Of a DNA stretch of 64,000 bases, positions 37,043-49,423 are shown piece by piece. The position numbers and the translations under genes were made by a program. Location of the stretch: NCBI GenBank assembly GCA_001643675.2, contig LSRY02000008.1, positions 1,736,001 through 1,800,000 of the forward strand, read 5' to 3'. Positions within the stretch are counted from its first letter, which is position 1. Each line of letters opens with the position of its first letter. The stretch comes from Monocercomonoides exilis PA203 (Eukaryota > Protista > Preaxostyla). The notes beneath the pieces are model-generated. The model did not search any database, was not told the DNA's origin, and was given only the letters and a program-made list of their open reading frames with translations.

Positions 37043-37920
37043 CATTTTCTTTTCACCATCTTCCACTTCTTCTTCTCGACTTTTTCTCAAATTTCTTCTT
37101 CTGCTATATCATCATTTTTCCATTCCCTCCTTTAACTTTTAACAAAATTCGTCCTATATGCCTTCCAAAACATTCAAAAATATATCTTCTTCTCTTTTCC
37201 TTTCATTTATATTTTGCGCCCGCTCATCCCTCCATGCTTCCCTCCAATTATTATATCCTGACTTCTTTTAATGCATCCAATATCCCCTCAAACCATATTC
37301 CTTGTTCATTTCTTGTCGTTGAACATTCTTTCAATTACCCAAATGTTTTCAAAAAAAAATTGAAATATTATAATAAAAATAAATAAATAAATAAATGACA
37401 AACCAATCCATTTCATATCGACCAGCCTTCGCACATTCCTTCTTCTTCTCAAAATATTACTCCCTTCTGCCAATCAAACTCCCCTTCTCTGTCTCCGCTC
37501 CCAATCTCACAACTAATGATATATCTTCTCTTCAACCCCACAAATCATTCTTCTTTAGTCCTCCGTTTCGCTTCCATTCGAATAATTCTAACATCTCAAA
37601 CTACCTCTTTCTTCAAAAAAAGAAAGAAAAGAAAGAAATGGAAAGGAAGATGAACAAAACAAAGTTGCTGAAATAGAAGTTGACAACGATGAAATTATCT
37701 TTGATGAAAAAGAAGAAGATGAAGATGATGAAAATATCAGCGAAGCTGACTATTTAGGATTCTGCGAAGGGAAATTATTCGAATAAAAAATAGAAGAAGG
37801 AGACAACTGAGGAGAAGAAATCGAAAAGGTTTCGGAGAAATACAGAAAAATACAGAAAAATGTGGAGAAAGTGAAAACTGTTGCTAGGGCTGAGGGATAT
37901 GAGTGAATGAAGGCAAAGAA

Positions 37921-38160
37921 GAAGAAAATGATGGTGAAGAAGATGGAGATGAAGAAGATGGAGATGAAGAAGATGGAGATGAAGAAGATGGAGATGAAGA
38001 AGATGGAGATGAAGAAGATGGAGATGAAGAAGATGGAGATGAAGAAGATGGAGATGAAGAAGATGGAGATGAAGAAGATGGAGATGAAGAAAATGGAGAT
38101 GAAGAAAATGATGGTGAAGAAAACAATGGTGAAGAAGATAGAGATGAAGAAAAAGACAGG
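37921..38160 (+). repeat. 15-bp minisatellite (GAAGAAGATGGAGAT), 10 perfect units within 16
   Basis: Perfect units at 37936-38085 with degenerate flanking units; reads (EEDGD)n. Confidence 0.95.
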
Positions 38161-39129
38161 AATGTTCGTGTTTCAGTGTTTTGGAGGGTACGGCACTTCA
38201 TCCATTGCAACAGATAAGTCATTCAAAAATCAACGAGGTTGCAGAAGACGAAGATGAAAGCAGCCGAAATAAAACCAAAATGATTTTTGCTGTTCTTCAG
38301 CAACGTTGTTGAGGAAGAAAGAGGTAAAAAACAGAGGATAAAAAATAAAAAATAAAAAAATAAAATAAAAAATAAAAAAGAAGTTGGCACTCATTCAACA
38401 GGGGTCGTGTGTTCAGATCGCAATGTGAATTGCAATGTGAATTGCAATGCCATCTTCAGCAACCGAGCCGCAAAAGTCGATGAATTGTGCGCAAACACAA
38501 AAGAAGAGCGAAGCAACTGACTTTGCCAAAAGGCAAATGAAGAATGCAGAGCGAGCAAAAGAAAAAAGGAATCTCCAACTTTTCTGGTGCTGGCAGCTGC
38601 TGCGTTGAGCCAGACTGACATTTAAAAAAAGATAAAATAAAATAAAAAATAAAAATAAAATGGTGTTTGTCCTGCAAAAAATCAAATGGCAGACACTTTG
38701 AAGAACAAAATCCACATCCGGATGACTCCAGTTTTGTTTGGTCCCCAACTTCTGTCTGATGGTCGATTGTTTTTGTTCAAAAACGAAATTAGAAATGGAC
38801 TTCCTTCGCTCAAAGAAAATTCCACAAAGCATGGGCACACCTTTTCAATGGCAAAAGAAGATCATTGCTCAAAAGGAATGCCATTCTCCAATTGCACTGC
38901 TTTGCATTGTTTTCTAAGTTTTTATTCACAAGAAATATCCTTCCCTCGATATTTCCACCCACTTTTCTTCCAAAAAACTGTTCTCCCTGCCTTATGCTTC
39001 CAAATGCTATATAATTTTGTGCAGATTTTGTCCTTCACAGAATTCCTTCTTTTTAACTTCATTTTATAATATAAAAGTCGAATTTGTTTTCACCTCTTCC
39101 ACCAAATAAAAAATTATGAAAATCATGTA

Positions 39130-39540
39130 TCTTCCGTAACTTCATTTATTTCCCAATGGCTATACAATAATCAGCTCCATTCTCATCGCATTGCTCCACA
39201 AAGCGGAGATTGGCCATTTCAACAATAAGCAGGATTTCTGGACTCTGGAGAGGATACGGATGGAAATATCTTCACAATCTAAAGAACTATATAAATTACA
39301 TACAATATCATTTTTGTGTGATTGATGAAATTGTTGCATTCCCCTTGGCCATCCAATTGACAAAAATCATCAGGCAGAATTTCAGAATTTTTGCATTGCC
39401 TCGTTTCTTGTTGCCTCCACAGGAAATAATATTTCTAGTTCTACAGGTAATGTTCATTCACGGATTTCTCATTCTGTGATGGAATATTCCGTTTTTTCAA
39501 ATCTGATGATCATTGAATCCATTACAAAAAAGACTCAAGT
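39130..39540 (-). other. Core element copy 4 (highly diverged)
   Basis: 36/37 match to the conserved motif at 39241-39277. Flanks align only weakly to 53640-53990. Confidence 0.6.
39241..39277 (-). other. Conserved 37-nt motif
   Basis: One mismatch to 1686-1722. Confidence 0.8.
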
Positions 39541-39959
39541 TACAAACCGTTGTTTTTCTTCCTGGATGCAAGTCAAAAAATACCAACAGTAAATAGGATG
39601 GCGCGAGCGCAGCTATTTTTGTGATTGCATAACATTGTATTTATTTGCCTGTTTCTTCTGTTCAGGCGTGGGCTCGTTCAATGTGAATGGCGAAATGGCA
39701 TTTCTTTCTGGCTGCAGTGCATTTCCAAAAATGCAGGCTGCACATTGCACAAATAGATGTTTATGGTCTGCAGACATTATTTTAATGGACTTTTTGTCAA
39801 TTTCATTTCTTTTTTTTTTATTATTATTTTTCTTTGATTGAATTTTTGATGAATAATTGTTTTGTGGGCTTGAAGATTTCGCGGAGGATGGGCAGAAACA
39901 GAAAACCCCTTGGATGTTATGGAGTGGATGTATATTGATGAATTTCAATCCGTTTTTGC

Positions 39960-40570
39960 GACAGAGCTGCTCAACAGAATGCAGAAAAAGATGGAGAAAA
40001 AGAAAATATTCACCAGAAAATTCAGTCGTGATATTGAAGGTTGGTGGATGTAATAAAATAATGAAGAGGATCCTTAATCGTCGCTTTCATTTTTTCCGAG
40101 TTGAACAGAAAAGTTGATAGGAATGATTGCTGATGAAACTGAGGAGAAAGAAGAGAAAGAAGGAAAAGCAGGTGACTGATCTTTGCGAATGCCATGATTC
40201 TCTGAGTCAAAACTACCCGCCTGGATTGTTTTCGATTTGTGTGCGTTGCTTTGTGAATGCTTTGTTGAAGAGAGAGGACTATGAGGAGATACAAACAGAA
40301 GTGGATATGGCTTTGCTGAGTTTGAGGCGTGTCAATTACATTCGGGTTTGAAACATTTTTTTTGATTGTTATTTTTGTTATTTTTCAGAAAATAGAAATA
40401 ATATGGAATAGACGACAGAAAGAGAAGGATCCCTGAAGGAGCTGATGGAAATCATGGAGTGTCATCCAGAACACAACAATCTGGCTGGGCTTGTGTGTGT
40501 CGGTCAGCACGGGAGTTTTTGATGTGCAGATGAAGATGAGAAAGGATTGGAAGGTGTGATCGCGGACGTG
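39960..40570 (+). pseudogene. Degenerate member of an expanded helical (ARM-like) hypothetical family of Monocercomonoides
   Basis: Fragments DLCEC..SICVRCFVNALLKREDYEEIQTEVDMALLSL and LKELMEIMECHPEHNNL resemble the recalled family pattern (ICVPCLLKVA..EVEMALLAL..EII.YHQEHHNL). Stops and frameshifts. From memory, not searched. Confidence 0.6.
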
Positions 40571-40713
40571 ACGGCAGTATATTGAAGTTGAATCTTTTTG
40601 TTAAAAATGAAGATGTGTTGATTGAAAACAATATAATTTCTGTGCTTGAATGTTTTATTAATAGTGAATTGCTTGTAAAAAATGAATAATTAGTTTTATT
40701 ATATTATATTTTA

Positions 40714-41802
40714 TTTCTTTTTCTTTTTCTTTTTCTTTTTCTTATTCTTTTTCTTTTTCTTTTTCTTATTCTTTTTCTTATTCTTTTTCTTTTTCTTATT
40801 CTTATTCTTTTTTCTTTTTCTTTTTCTTTTTCTTATTCTTATTCTTTTTTTTCTTTTTCTTTTCTTTTTCTTTTTCTTTTTCTTTTTCTTTTCTTTTTCT
40901 TTTTCTTTTTCTTTTTCTTTTTCTTTTTCTTTTTCTTTTTCTTTTTTCTTTTCTTTTTCTTTTCTTTTTCTTTTCTTTTTCTTTTTTCTTTTTCTTTTCT
41001 TTTTCTTTTTCTTTTTCTTTTTCTTTTTCTTATTCTTTTTCTTATTCTTTTTCTTTTTCTTATTCTTATTCTTATTCTTTTTCTTTTTCTTTTTCTTTTT
41101 CTTTTTCTTATTCTTTTTCTTTTTCTTTTTCTTTTTCTTTTTCTTATTCTTATTCTTATTCTTTTTCTTTTTCTTTTTCTTTTTCTTATTCTTTTTCTTT
41201 TTCTTATTCTTTTTCTTTTTCTTTTTCTTTTTCTTATTCTTATTCTTTTTCTTATTCTTTTTCTTATTCTTTTTCTTATTCTTTTTCTTTTTCTTTTTCT
41301 TTTCTTATTCTTATTCTTATTCTTATTCTTTTTCTTTTTCTTTTTCTTATTCTTTTTCTTTTCTTTTTCTTTTCTTTTTCTTTTTCTTTTTCTTTTTCTT
41401 TTTCTTATTCTTATTCTTTTTCTTTTTCTTTTTCTTATTCTTTTTCTTTTTCTTTTTCTTTTTCTTTTTCTTTTTCTTATTCTTTTTCTTTTTCTTTTTC
41501 TTTTTCTTTTCTTATTCTTTTTCTTTTTCTTTTTCTTTTTCTTTTTCTTTTCTTTTTCTTTTTCTTTTCTTTTCTTTTCTTTTTCTTTTTCTTTTTCTTT
41601 TTCTTTTTCTTATTCTTTTTCTTTTCTTTTTCTTTTCTTTTCTTTTTCTTATTCTTATTCTTATTCTTTTTCTTTTTCTTTTTCTTTTTTTTTCTTTTCT
41701 TTTTCTTTTTCTTATTCTTTTTCTTTTTCTTTTTCTTTTTCTTTTTCTTTTTCTTATTCTTTTTCTTTTTCTTTTTCTTTTTCTTATTCTTATTCTTATT
41801 CT

Positions 41803-41834
<32 letters not shown>

Positions 41835-41878
41835 TTTCTTATTCTTTTTCTTTTTCTTTTTCTTTTTCTTTTTCTTTT
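40714..41878. repeat. ~1.16-kb pyrimidine-rich satellite of TTTTTC / TTATTC / TTTTC units
   Basis: Directly visible; no G on the plus strand. Confidence 0.97.
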
Positions 41879-41937
41879 ATTTGATTCAACAAAATGAATT
41901 TATTTTTTGATCATTACAAAATTGAAAACAAAATTAA

Positions 41938-42600
41938 TTAGTCTTCACTCCAATTTGACAAATTTTCCCCATCATCAACCTCATCACTTGAAGTTTCATC
42001 TTCTTTTGAAATTTTGATTTCATTGATATCATCAATTTTAAAAGGGTCATTTTTTATTTATTCTTATTCTTCCTGATCCTTTTCTATTTTTTCCAAATAT
42101 CTGAATCTCCTTTTTCCTGTTGTTCATCTTGAATTATCTTCTTTTCCATTCATGCTCATCAAATTCTACACTTTTTCTACAGCTTTGTTATACAAAAGGA
42201 TTATGGTTGATTGAATCCATGCATTTCATGTGTTTAACCCTTTTCCAACATCCAACCTTTTTTTTCAAATGAACATCAAAAAGTGCATATTTGAGATTGT
42301 GTTAACTCTTTCCATAATATCAAAATGTTCGAGAAAATTTCTTTGTCAGTTTATTGTTTGCTCATCTTGTGCTTATGAAAATTATCCAGTTATTGTTGCA
42401 CCTGCTGCATATTCAATATCTGTAAGTTTCATTTTTCTAACAACTAAGCAAAACTCAAATGGTGAATTTGACATTCTGGATGTTTGTCTTGATAAATGTA
42501 TTGAAAAAAATTAATCCCCAGGCTTTAATTGCATTCATGAATTTTCCCAAAATATCGAAATAATAATCCTTTTTCTCTTCAAAAACGTCCTTTTAATGAA
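41938..42600 (-). pseudogene. Degenerate ORF remnant with acidic tail, possibly transposase-derived
   Basis: One frame is protein-like with scattered stops (..HFDIMERVN..NAWI..) and ends SSDEVDDGENLSNWSED*. Family not established. Confidence 0.25.
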
Positions 42601-42722
42601 ATTTGATTTGATCAAGCTCACAAAAAGTTGTGAGTTTCACACAATATATTCAAGAAAAATTTAAAAGAGGTCTTTTTTTTCTATTTTCAATTTCAAAAAG
42701 TTCGTTGTAATGATCGAATATA

Positions 42723-42979
42723 TGGTGATTATTTTTGAAATTATAACTTTTTTCGGGGTGTTCATTTTTCTAAGCTTGTTTGTCATTGGGAAGAGATTTT
42801 GTATTCAAATTGAAAAATTATCACAACTGTTTTGAAAACAAATGTTTTCACTCAAATAAAGATGAAGATGTCTTCTATGAGCTTTTTCAATTCTCAGTGT
42901 TCTTTTGTTGATATTCAAGGAAAATTTTCGAACCGAAATTTTTGAAAGAAAAAAATTTATTGAAAAAAAATAATAACTC
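42723..42979 (+). mobile_element. MITE-like element
   Basis: TGGTGATTATTTTTGAAAT start, body close to 21989-22231, (TA)n flanks. Confidence 0.65.
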
Positions 42980-43499
42980 ATATATATATATTGGAAAAAT
43001 AAAGTTTCAAGCACTTCAAAATTATGCAATTGTTCCACCAAATTTGACAAAGTTTGCAGGAAAAAGCATGAAGAATTAAATGGCGAGTCATGCATGTTGG
43101 ATGAAAGGAATTACTGATAGAATGATCAATTGCGACAAAATGAATGAATATCGGAGCTTTCAATTTTGCACCAAAAAAATAGGAAAAGTCATTAACGTTT
43201 CATATTGATACAATTCATAAATTTATAGTTATCGGAAGGTCTTTTGAAGAAGTTTATAAATTTTGATGAAGTTATTAATGTTTGAATAAAAAGTTTATGA
43301 TCAAAAGTGTTTAATGGCAAAATCTGTGGAGGAAAAGAATAGCAAACAATATTTCAATTGAGAGCGTTCTTCTTTGATAAAAAAGAAACTTGAAATTGGT
43401 TTTTTTCAACGTTTTCAAGAGTATGCTGCAAAGGGTTGCCCTATATGCAGAAATAAAAGGAAAGAAAAAGAAGAAACAGAAGGATACAAACACATTTGC

Positions 43500-44370
43500 C
43501 GTCAAACATATTGAAAAAAAACCTCAATATTTCAAAATTCCATTTTTTCCAAAATGAAACTTCCAATTTATATTGTTCTACTAATTCTTTTATATTATTG
43601 GATTGGAATTGGATTGAAACAGATTCATTTGCTGACAGATGTTTCTTGTCCAACAATAGGTTTATGGATAAGCATTGTTCGAGTTGTTTGCACACAAATA
43701 TGGAATGAAATGATATCAAAATTATGAGGATCTTGAAAATTCTTCGAAATTAATGAGGATGTTTGGAGGTGAAGGAAATATGGAAGAGGAAGAAAGAAGG
43801 ACATGCTGTGGATTTTTGGAGGAGTTGAGAGCAAGGAAGGAGGAGGAGCTGGAACATATCCCGTTATCATCGTTCCAAGCGGAACAAAAGAAACATTGAT
43901 CCCGATAATTCAAGATAGAATTTTTCAAGGAACGACAATAATTCGTGAAGAATGGAAAAGCTGCAATTGATTGAAAGATTAAGGATATGTTAATATCATC
44001 GTTTGCCACAAAAGGAACAACAAAGACCCAGAAACAGGTGCTTGCACCAATGCAGTTGAAGAGTTATAGAGTCATTGAAGAGCATTTTTTCCCTTTGCAA
44101 GGTATTAGAAAAACATTCAAAACAAATTGCTTGTGCATGTGGCTTCTAAAACGAATTTCAAACTCAAATTTTGTTGATATTTAACAAAAAATGCAATATT
44201 TTGTTCCAAAAGAAAGACCTATTACTGCGGATGATGAATTGGTTCTGACAGAAAATGATGAAATCTCTGATACGGATGACATTCAACATGAGTTGCACGA
44301 TGCTGAAATTGAAGAAGATTCGTATGGTATTGATGACGTAGAAGTTGCTTCTAATTATTCTGATGAATAA
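43500..44370 (+). mobile_element. Merlin / IS1595 (ISXO2-like) transposase remnant
   Basis: Manual translation: KL*GS*KFFEINEDVWR*RKYGRGRKKDMLWIFGGVE...KETLIPIIQDRIFQGTTIIREEWK / VCHKRNNKDPETGACTNAVEEL*. Matches Merlin motifs VEIDE..RKYxRGR..WVFGGVE..TLxPII..GTxIxSDxW..VNH..DPxTGxxTNxIE. Acidic tail ends TAA at 44370. Confidence 0.85.
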
Positions 44371-45637
44371 ACAGAAATCTTCAGTTGATCAGTTTAAATG
44401 AATATCAATTGATTTGCTTTTTCAAAAACATTTTCTGTCAACTTTTTTTCACATTTCAATCCTTTATTAATACAAAAGAAATCATAAGAGACTTAAATAA
44501 TCTCAATTTGAAAGTTCAGATATTATTTAAATTTGTCTCAATTGCTTTCATTGCTACATATTCAACATGGAAAAACTCAATAACACACTGCCGAGGTGGA
44601 TTTATTTGTCATTTGTTTCAAAGAAGTTTTTTATTATTTTGGTCCATTGTCATAATCAAAGAAATGACAATCTTACAAATAATCTTTTGAATTGAACTTT
44701 TTTGTGTGCTTTATCATTTCCATATTTTTTGATGAATGATTAATTTTCAATTGCTTTCAAGTGGATAATTCATTTCAATACTTATTTCAATTCAGGTGAT
44801 TCTTCTTTGCCAATCTTCAATGATGAATGATGTCTTCCCATAATTTGAATTATGATTCAAGAACATATATCCTTCACGAGATTGTAATTAAACAATGGAA
44901 ATTGCTTATTATCGCATTGTCTTATTTAATATTGTTTATTGGAATAGACTCCTATGATTGAATAAGATGAAGCACAACACAAGAAAAGGATGAAATGAAA
45001 TTATAAATCGAATCATTTTGAAGAACAATATTTCATTTTTTCCAACTTTTTATAAATTAAAAGGATCTTCCACAGAATAATTAATCTAACTGTCGTTCTT
45101 TCTTGAAAAGACATTCATTCTGCATATGAGAAATTCTTTTTGACATCATATTATTTTCTATTTAAAATTCCGATTTGATGTTTTGTTTCAAAAATGAGCA
45201 AACACATGGGAAAAAATTATTTTTGATTTCCAGTTTGATGTCTTTTTTTTCTTTTTGAAATATTCGTTTTTCTTGATTTCAAATTAGGGAACGTTTGTAT
45301 ATTTATTTATTAAAATTTACTAATACTCAAAAAAAAAAAAAAATAAAAAAATAAAAATAAAAAAATAAAAATAAAATAAAAATAAAAATAAAAATTGTTC
45401 ATCAGAATTCAGAAAATAAGCTGGAAACACGTTTCCTTTTTTGAAAAGAATTATTCAAAAATAATTGGACTGCTTTCAATACATCAAACTGATGAACAAA
45501 CATTTTGCATGCAAATACAATAAAAAACAAAAGAATTTCAAATTTGTGCTTATCGCAACTTTTTGTGCACAGCAATGACAACAATATGAAATCAGGGCAA
45601 TTTCATTTCCTAACTGTTTTTGGTGCAGCATACATAA

Positions 45638-47143
45638 CTAGCTTCCGCAAGCTGAAATGCAAACCAATTTGTCTTTCAGCCAATCCATTTTCGTTGTTTG
45701 GCCAAAAACCCAAGAACCTGAACTCGAATAATAATACACATAGCACACCCTCTGATTATCAGTGTTTGTCGTGTAACATTCATTGAACGGATTTCCAGAA
45801 GACAAAAAAACATTGAATTGATCATAATATATCGCATCGTGACCATATGGCGTATTTGCAGAGCACTTGCATTCATGAAAGAACAGAAAATAACAATAAA
45901 AATAATTGGTTGGAACTGCTGTGTTTCTGGATTCAAAATACAATCCCCCTCCATTTGCTGTTGCTGAACATGAAATTAACTGAATGCTCCTCACTTTGAA
46001 TGCAGCAGGAACAGTGTTGCAATACAGCCCTCCGCCCCATGTGCTTATTGTTGAGCACGAAGTGAAATTACACTCAAACACACACGAGCTCCCTCCTTCT
46101 CCATCTTCTTCCCCGATGCACCCTGATCCAGGCACACTGAAATTGAACAACCTCAACCCTCCCCCATCGTGGTGAGCCTTGCACATCTGGAAGTCGCACC
46201 CACTGACAAGGGCACATGAACTTATTTGGTAAGCATACACCCCTCCCCCGCCAAAGTTATGCGCTGTGCACGAATTGAACACGTTGCTCACAATCTTGAT
46301 CGTCTTGATTGCGTGGCACATGATTGCTCCCCCATGGTAGAATGCAGTGCAATCATTGAATGAGCAATGAGATACAGATAGTTCTCCAGAATTGAGATTG
46401 TACATTCGAATTGCTCCACCATTTGAAGCATCATCAGTATAATCATCTTTGTTTCCAGTCGTTTTCGACCCGTTCCACTCGCACCAAATAAACGAATTGG
46501 TCCCATTTTCTGTTTCATTTTGTCTCCCCGGAGTCAACTTTCTGTCTGATGTTCCTTCGCAAACAACATTTCTTGTTCTGCAACATCCAACAAACGAGGT
46601 ATTTGAGGCAATCAAAGAGGCAAAGGGGTTGTTGAGGGAAGGAACAATTCCGCCATCATACACATCACAAACTGATGAGAATGAGCAACTATTCATCAAA
46701 CATGTAGCTTGGGCTGACGTAGTGGTTGGAGGTGAACATGCCTCATTTGCTATTGAGATGTTGAAAAAAGTGAGTTTGGAGAGGGACATTAGGGGAATAG
46801 AAGGGGATGATAGGAATGGGGCTGATGAGACACAAAAAGAAGAGAATCGTGATTCACTCACTGAAATACTTCCTTCAATATCTTCTCCTTCTCCATCTCC
46901 TTCTCTTCCTCTTCCTCTTCCTATTTCTCCTCCTTCTCCTCCTTTTTCTTCACCTCCACCCTTCTCCCTTCCATATCCCTTCCCTCCAAATAGCCTGCCT
47001 GAATAGATCTCTCCCCCTCTTCTCCACCCTTTCAATGTGACGTTTGTCAACACCCCAATGCTTCCACTCACATCAAATGCCCCTGCCTCAACATCCTTCC
47101 CCATTCCCACAACAAACTTTTCATCCTCTTCCCCTTTTCTCAC
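45638..47143 (-). CDS. Beta-helix cassette 8 (501-aa open frame, truncated just after WLKDK)
   Basis: Uninterrupted ORF. Leader and Gly-rich part closely match cassettes 4/6, but the variable domain differs. Confidence 0.85.
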   Translation of the reverse strand: MRKGEEDEKFVVGMGKDVEAGAFDVSGSIGVLTNVTLKGWRRGGEIYSGRLFGGKGYGREKGGGEEKGGEGGEIGRGRGREGDGEGEDIEGSISVSESRFSSFCVSSAPFLSSPSIPLMSLSKLTFFNISIANEACSPPTTTSAQATCLMNSCSFSSVCDVYDGGIVPSLNNPFASLIASNTSFVGCCRTRNVVCEGTSDRKLTPGRQNETENGTNSFIWCEWNGSKTTGNKDDYTDDASNGGAIRMYNLNSGELSVSHCSFNDCTAFYHGGAIMCHAIKTIKIVSNVFNSCTAHNFGGGGVYAYQISSCALVSGCDFQMCKAHHDGGGLRLFNFSVPGSGCIGEEDGEGGSSCVFECNFTSCSTISTWGGGLYCNTVPAAFKVRSIQLISCSATANGGGLYFESRNTAVPTNYFYCYFLFFHECKCSANTPYGHDAIYYDQFNVFLSSGNPFNECYTTNTDNQRVCYVYYYSSSGSWVFGQTTKMDWLKDKLVCISACGS

Positions 47144-47813
47144 TCTTCTTCAAATGCTCCTCAAAACATTCGATCTTCAAATTCCTTTTTCCTCCATTTC
47201 CTCGCCTTTCATCATTTTCAATCAGCGTTCTTATAAAAATCATCTTCTTCTCAAATTCTTGTAAGACTCCTTCTTTGGTCATATCATCAATTTCTCTTCT
47301 CTCTATCTTTTATCGCTTCCCTTCCCCCTTTTCAAAATACCTTTTCCATTTCGCAAATCCCTTCTTTTCCACCCATTTCATATGTTTCCCTTTGCTCACT
47401 CATCCATTCCCATTCCATTTCCCGCCTTCTGCCATCTTCACGGGATCGCCTCAAAATCCATCTTTCCTCATCCCTCGCGCTTTTAACCAACGAAGATATT
47501 CTTCCAAAAAGATCCTAATTTCAAATAAAAATATATATTAGAAAATTTTGATAAAATGTTATTTCTTTTATTAAAAATAAAAAATATGAATTCAAACCTT
47601 GTATAATCTCCATTCTTCATTGCTTCTGTTCTTCTTTTTTCTGTCTTTTCTTCTTTCTCCTTCTCCAGATTATTTTTCCTTTCTGCAAAAGCACCCATTT
47701 CCCCTCATCTCATTCTTCCATCATTCAATCAACAGCTTTGTATCTCTTCTGCTCCTCCAAAAATAAACATTCCATTTCCATTCTCCTGTTCTGCTTCCAT
47801 TCGAATTGCTCCT

Positions 47814-49423
47814 TCAACTTGTGCTTTCATAAAATAGGCGAGGACCACTGAGAAGAGGAAGAAGTGGAAGATGATAATAATTGTTAAGAAGAACAAATAG
47901 AATGAAAAAATGAAATCGACAATTAAGAGGAGTAAATGATGGCGAAGAAGGCGAAGAATACGAATTCACTTCTGTTCCAATCGTACTTTTCTCAATGCCT
48001 GTCCCAACAACAGAAATTTTCTTTGTTCCAATATCAATCGTTGTTGTCTCGCTTGTGTGATCCCCTCCCATCAGTGTAACCGACAGGCTCACCTGGATCA
48101 CGCTCTTTTCAACTGCAACACCAATGGTTCTGCATGCACTTGACTCATCCAATCCACACAACTCTTCTGCGTTTCCTCCACTCACAGCCACAAATCGATT
48201 GAGAATCCCTCTCTTCAACCAATCCTTTTTGATATTTGATCATACACCCAAGAATCTGAAGGATAATGTGCATAGCACACTCTCTTGTCATCTGTGTTTG
48301 TGGTGTAACATTCATAGAAAGGATTGTCTGAATTCAAAAAGATTTTGTAATAATCTAAGTATATCATATCGTGACCATATGGAACATTGGCCAAGCATTT
48401 GCATTCATGGAAGAAGAGGAAATAGCAATAAATTGTTTCATTTGGCGCTGTTTGTTTTGCTGGCTCCAAATGAAATCCGCCTCCCCTTGTCATTGCAGAA
48501 CATGAAATAAACTGCATGCTCCTCATTTTGAATTGATTAGGAACACCATAACAGTACATACCTCCTCCCCATGAGCCAGAAACTGAACATGATGTGAAAC
48601 TGCAGTCAAACACACACGCACTCTCCCCTTCTCCACTTTCTGTTGAAATGCATCTTGTCCCTGAAATATTAAAATTATCTAATTTTAACCCTCCTCCATA
48701 ATCAATCGCTTGACAGTTTTTGAACTCGCATCCACTCACCCGAGCACAAGTAGAAATGCCATACAAATAAACACCTCCTCCATATCGATTTGTGGAGACA
48801 CAACAATTGAAAGTGCTGCTTTCAATACCCACTGATTTGATCGTGTGGCACATTATCCCTCCTCCACCATAATATGACAAGCAGTCGTTGAATGAACAAT
48901 TCGAAACTGTAAGTGAACCAGACGTCAAGCCATACATAAATATTGCTCCTCCATTCGAGGCTTGTTTTGAATAATCTTCGCTCATTTCAGCAGCCTTCGA
49001 TCCGTTCCACTCGCACCAAATAAATGAATTTGCTCCATTGAATGTTTCGTTCTGCCTCCCAGGAGTCAACTTTCTATCTGCAGTTCCAATGCATTCAACG
49101 TTTCTTGCCCTGCAACATCCAACGAATGAGGTGTTTGAAACAGACAAAGAGGCATAGGGATTGTTGAGGGAAGGGACAATCCCGCCATCATACACATCAC
49201 AGACCGATGAGAAAAAGCAACTATTCATCAAACATGTGATTTGTGTTGACGTAGTGGTTGAAGACGAACATGCGTCATTTGCTGTTGAAATATTGAAAAA
49301 AATATGTTGGAAGAGAAAAATACAGAAAAAAGAGAAATGCAGTTCGCTCACTGAAGCACTTCTTTCTTTGCCTCCTTCTCTTCTCAATGCTTCTTGGTGA
49401 AATTTCACAAAATACCTCAACAT
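47814..49423 (-). pseudogene. Beta-helix cassette 9 (type A)
   Basis: ORFs 48215-49423 and 47814-48218 are separated by one missing base in a T-run (~48226-48230). The same lesion occurs in cassette 4 but not in its duplicate, cassette 6. Homology ends at IGTE (~47970). Confidence 0.85.

Noticed and set aside
40714-41878. Telomeric array, CRISPR array or Lys/Glu-rich CDS
   Set aside because: No G-rich telomere unit, no repeat-spacer structure, and pentamer units plus GAATAA break the frames.
46449-47006. Recurrent antisense and off-frame ORFs over cassettes (e.g. ..FDPFHSHQVNE..)
   Set aside because: Shadow ORFs of the conserved sense frame, with variable ends between copies.
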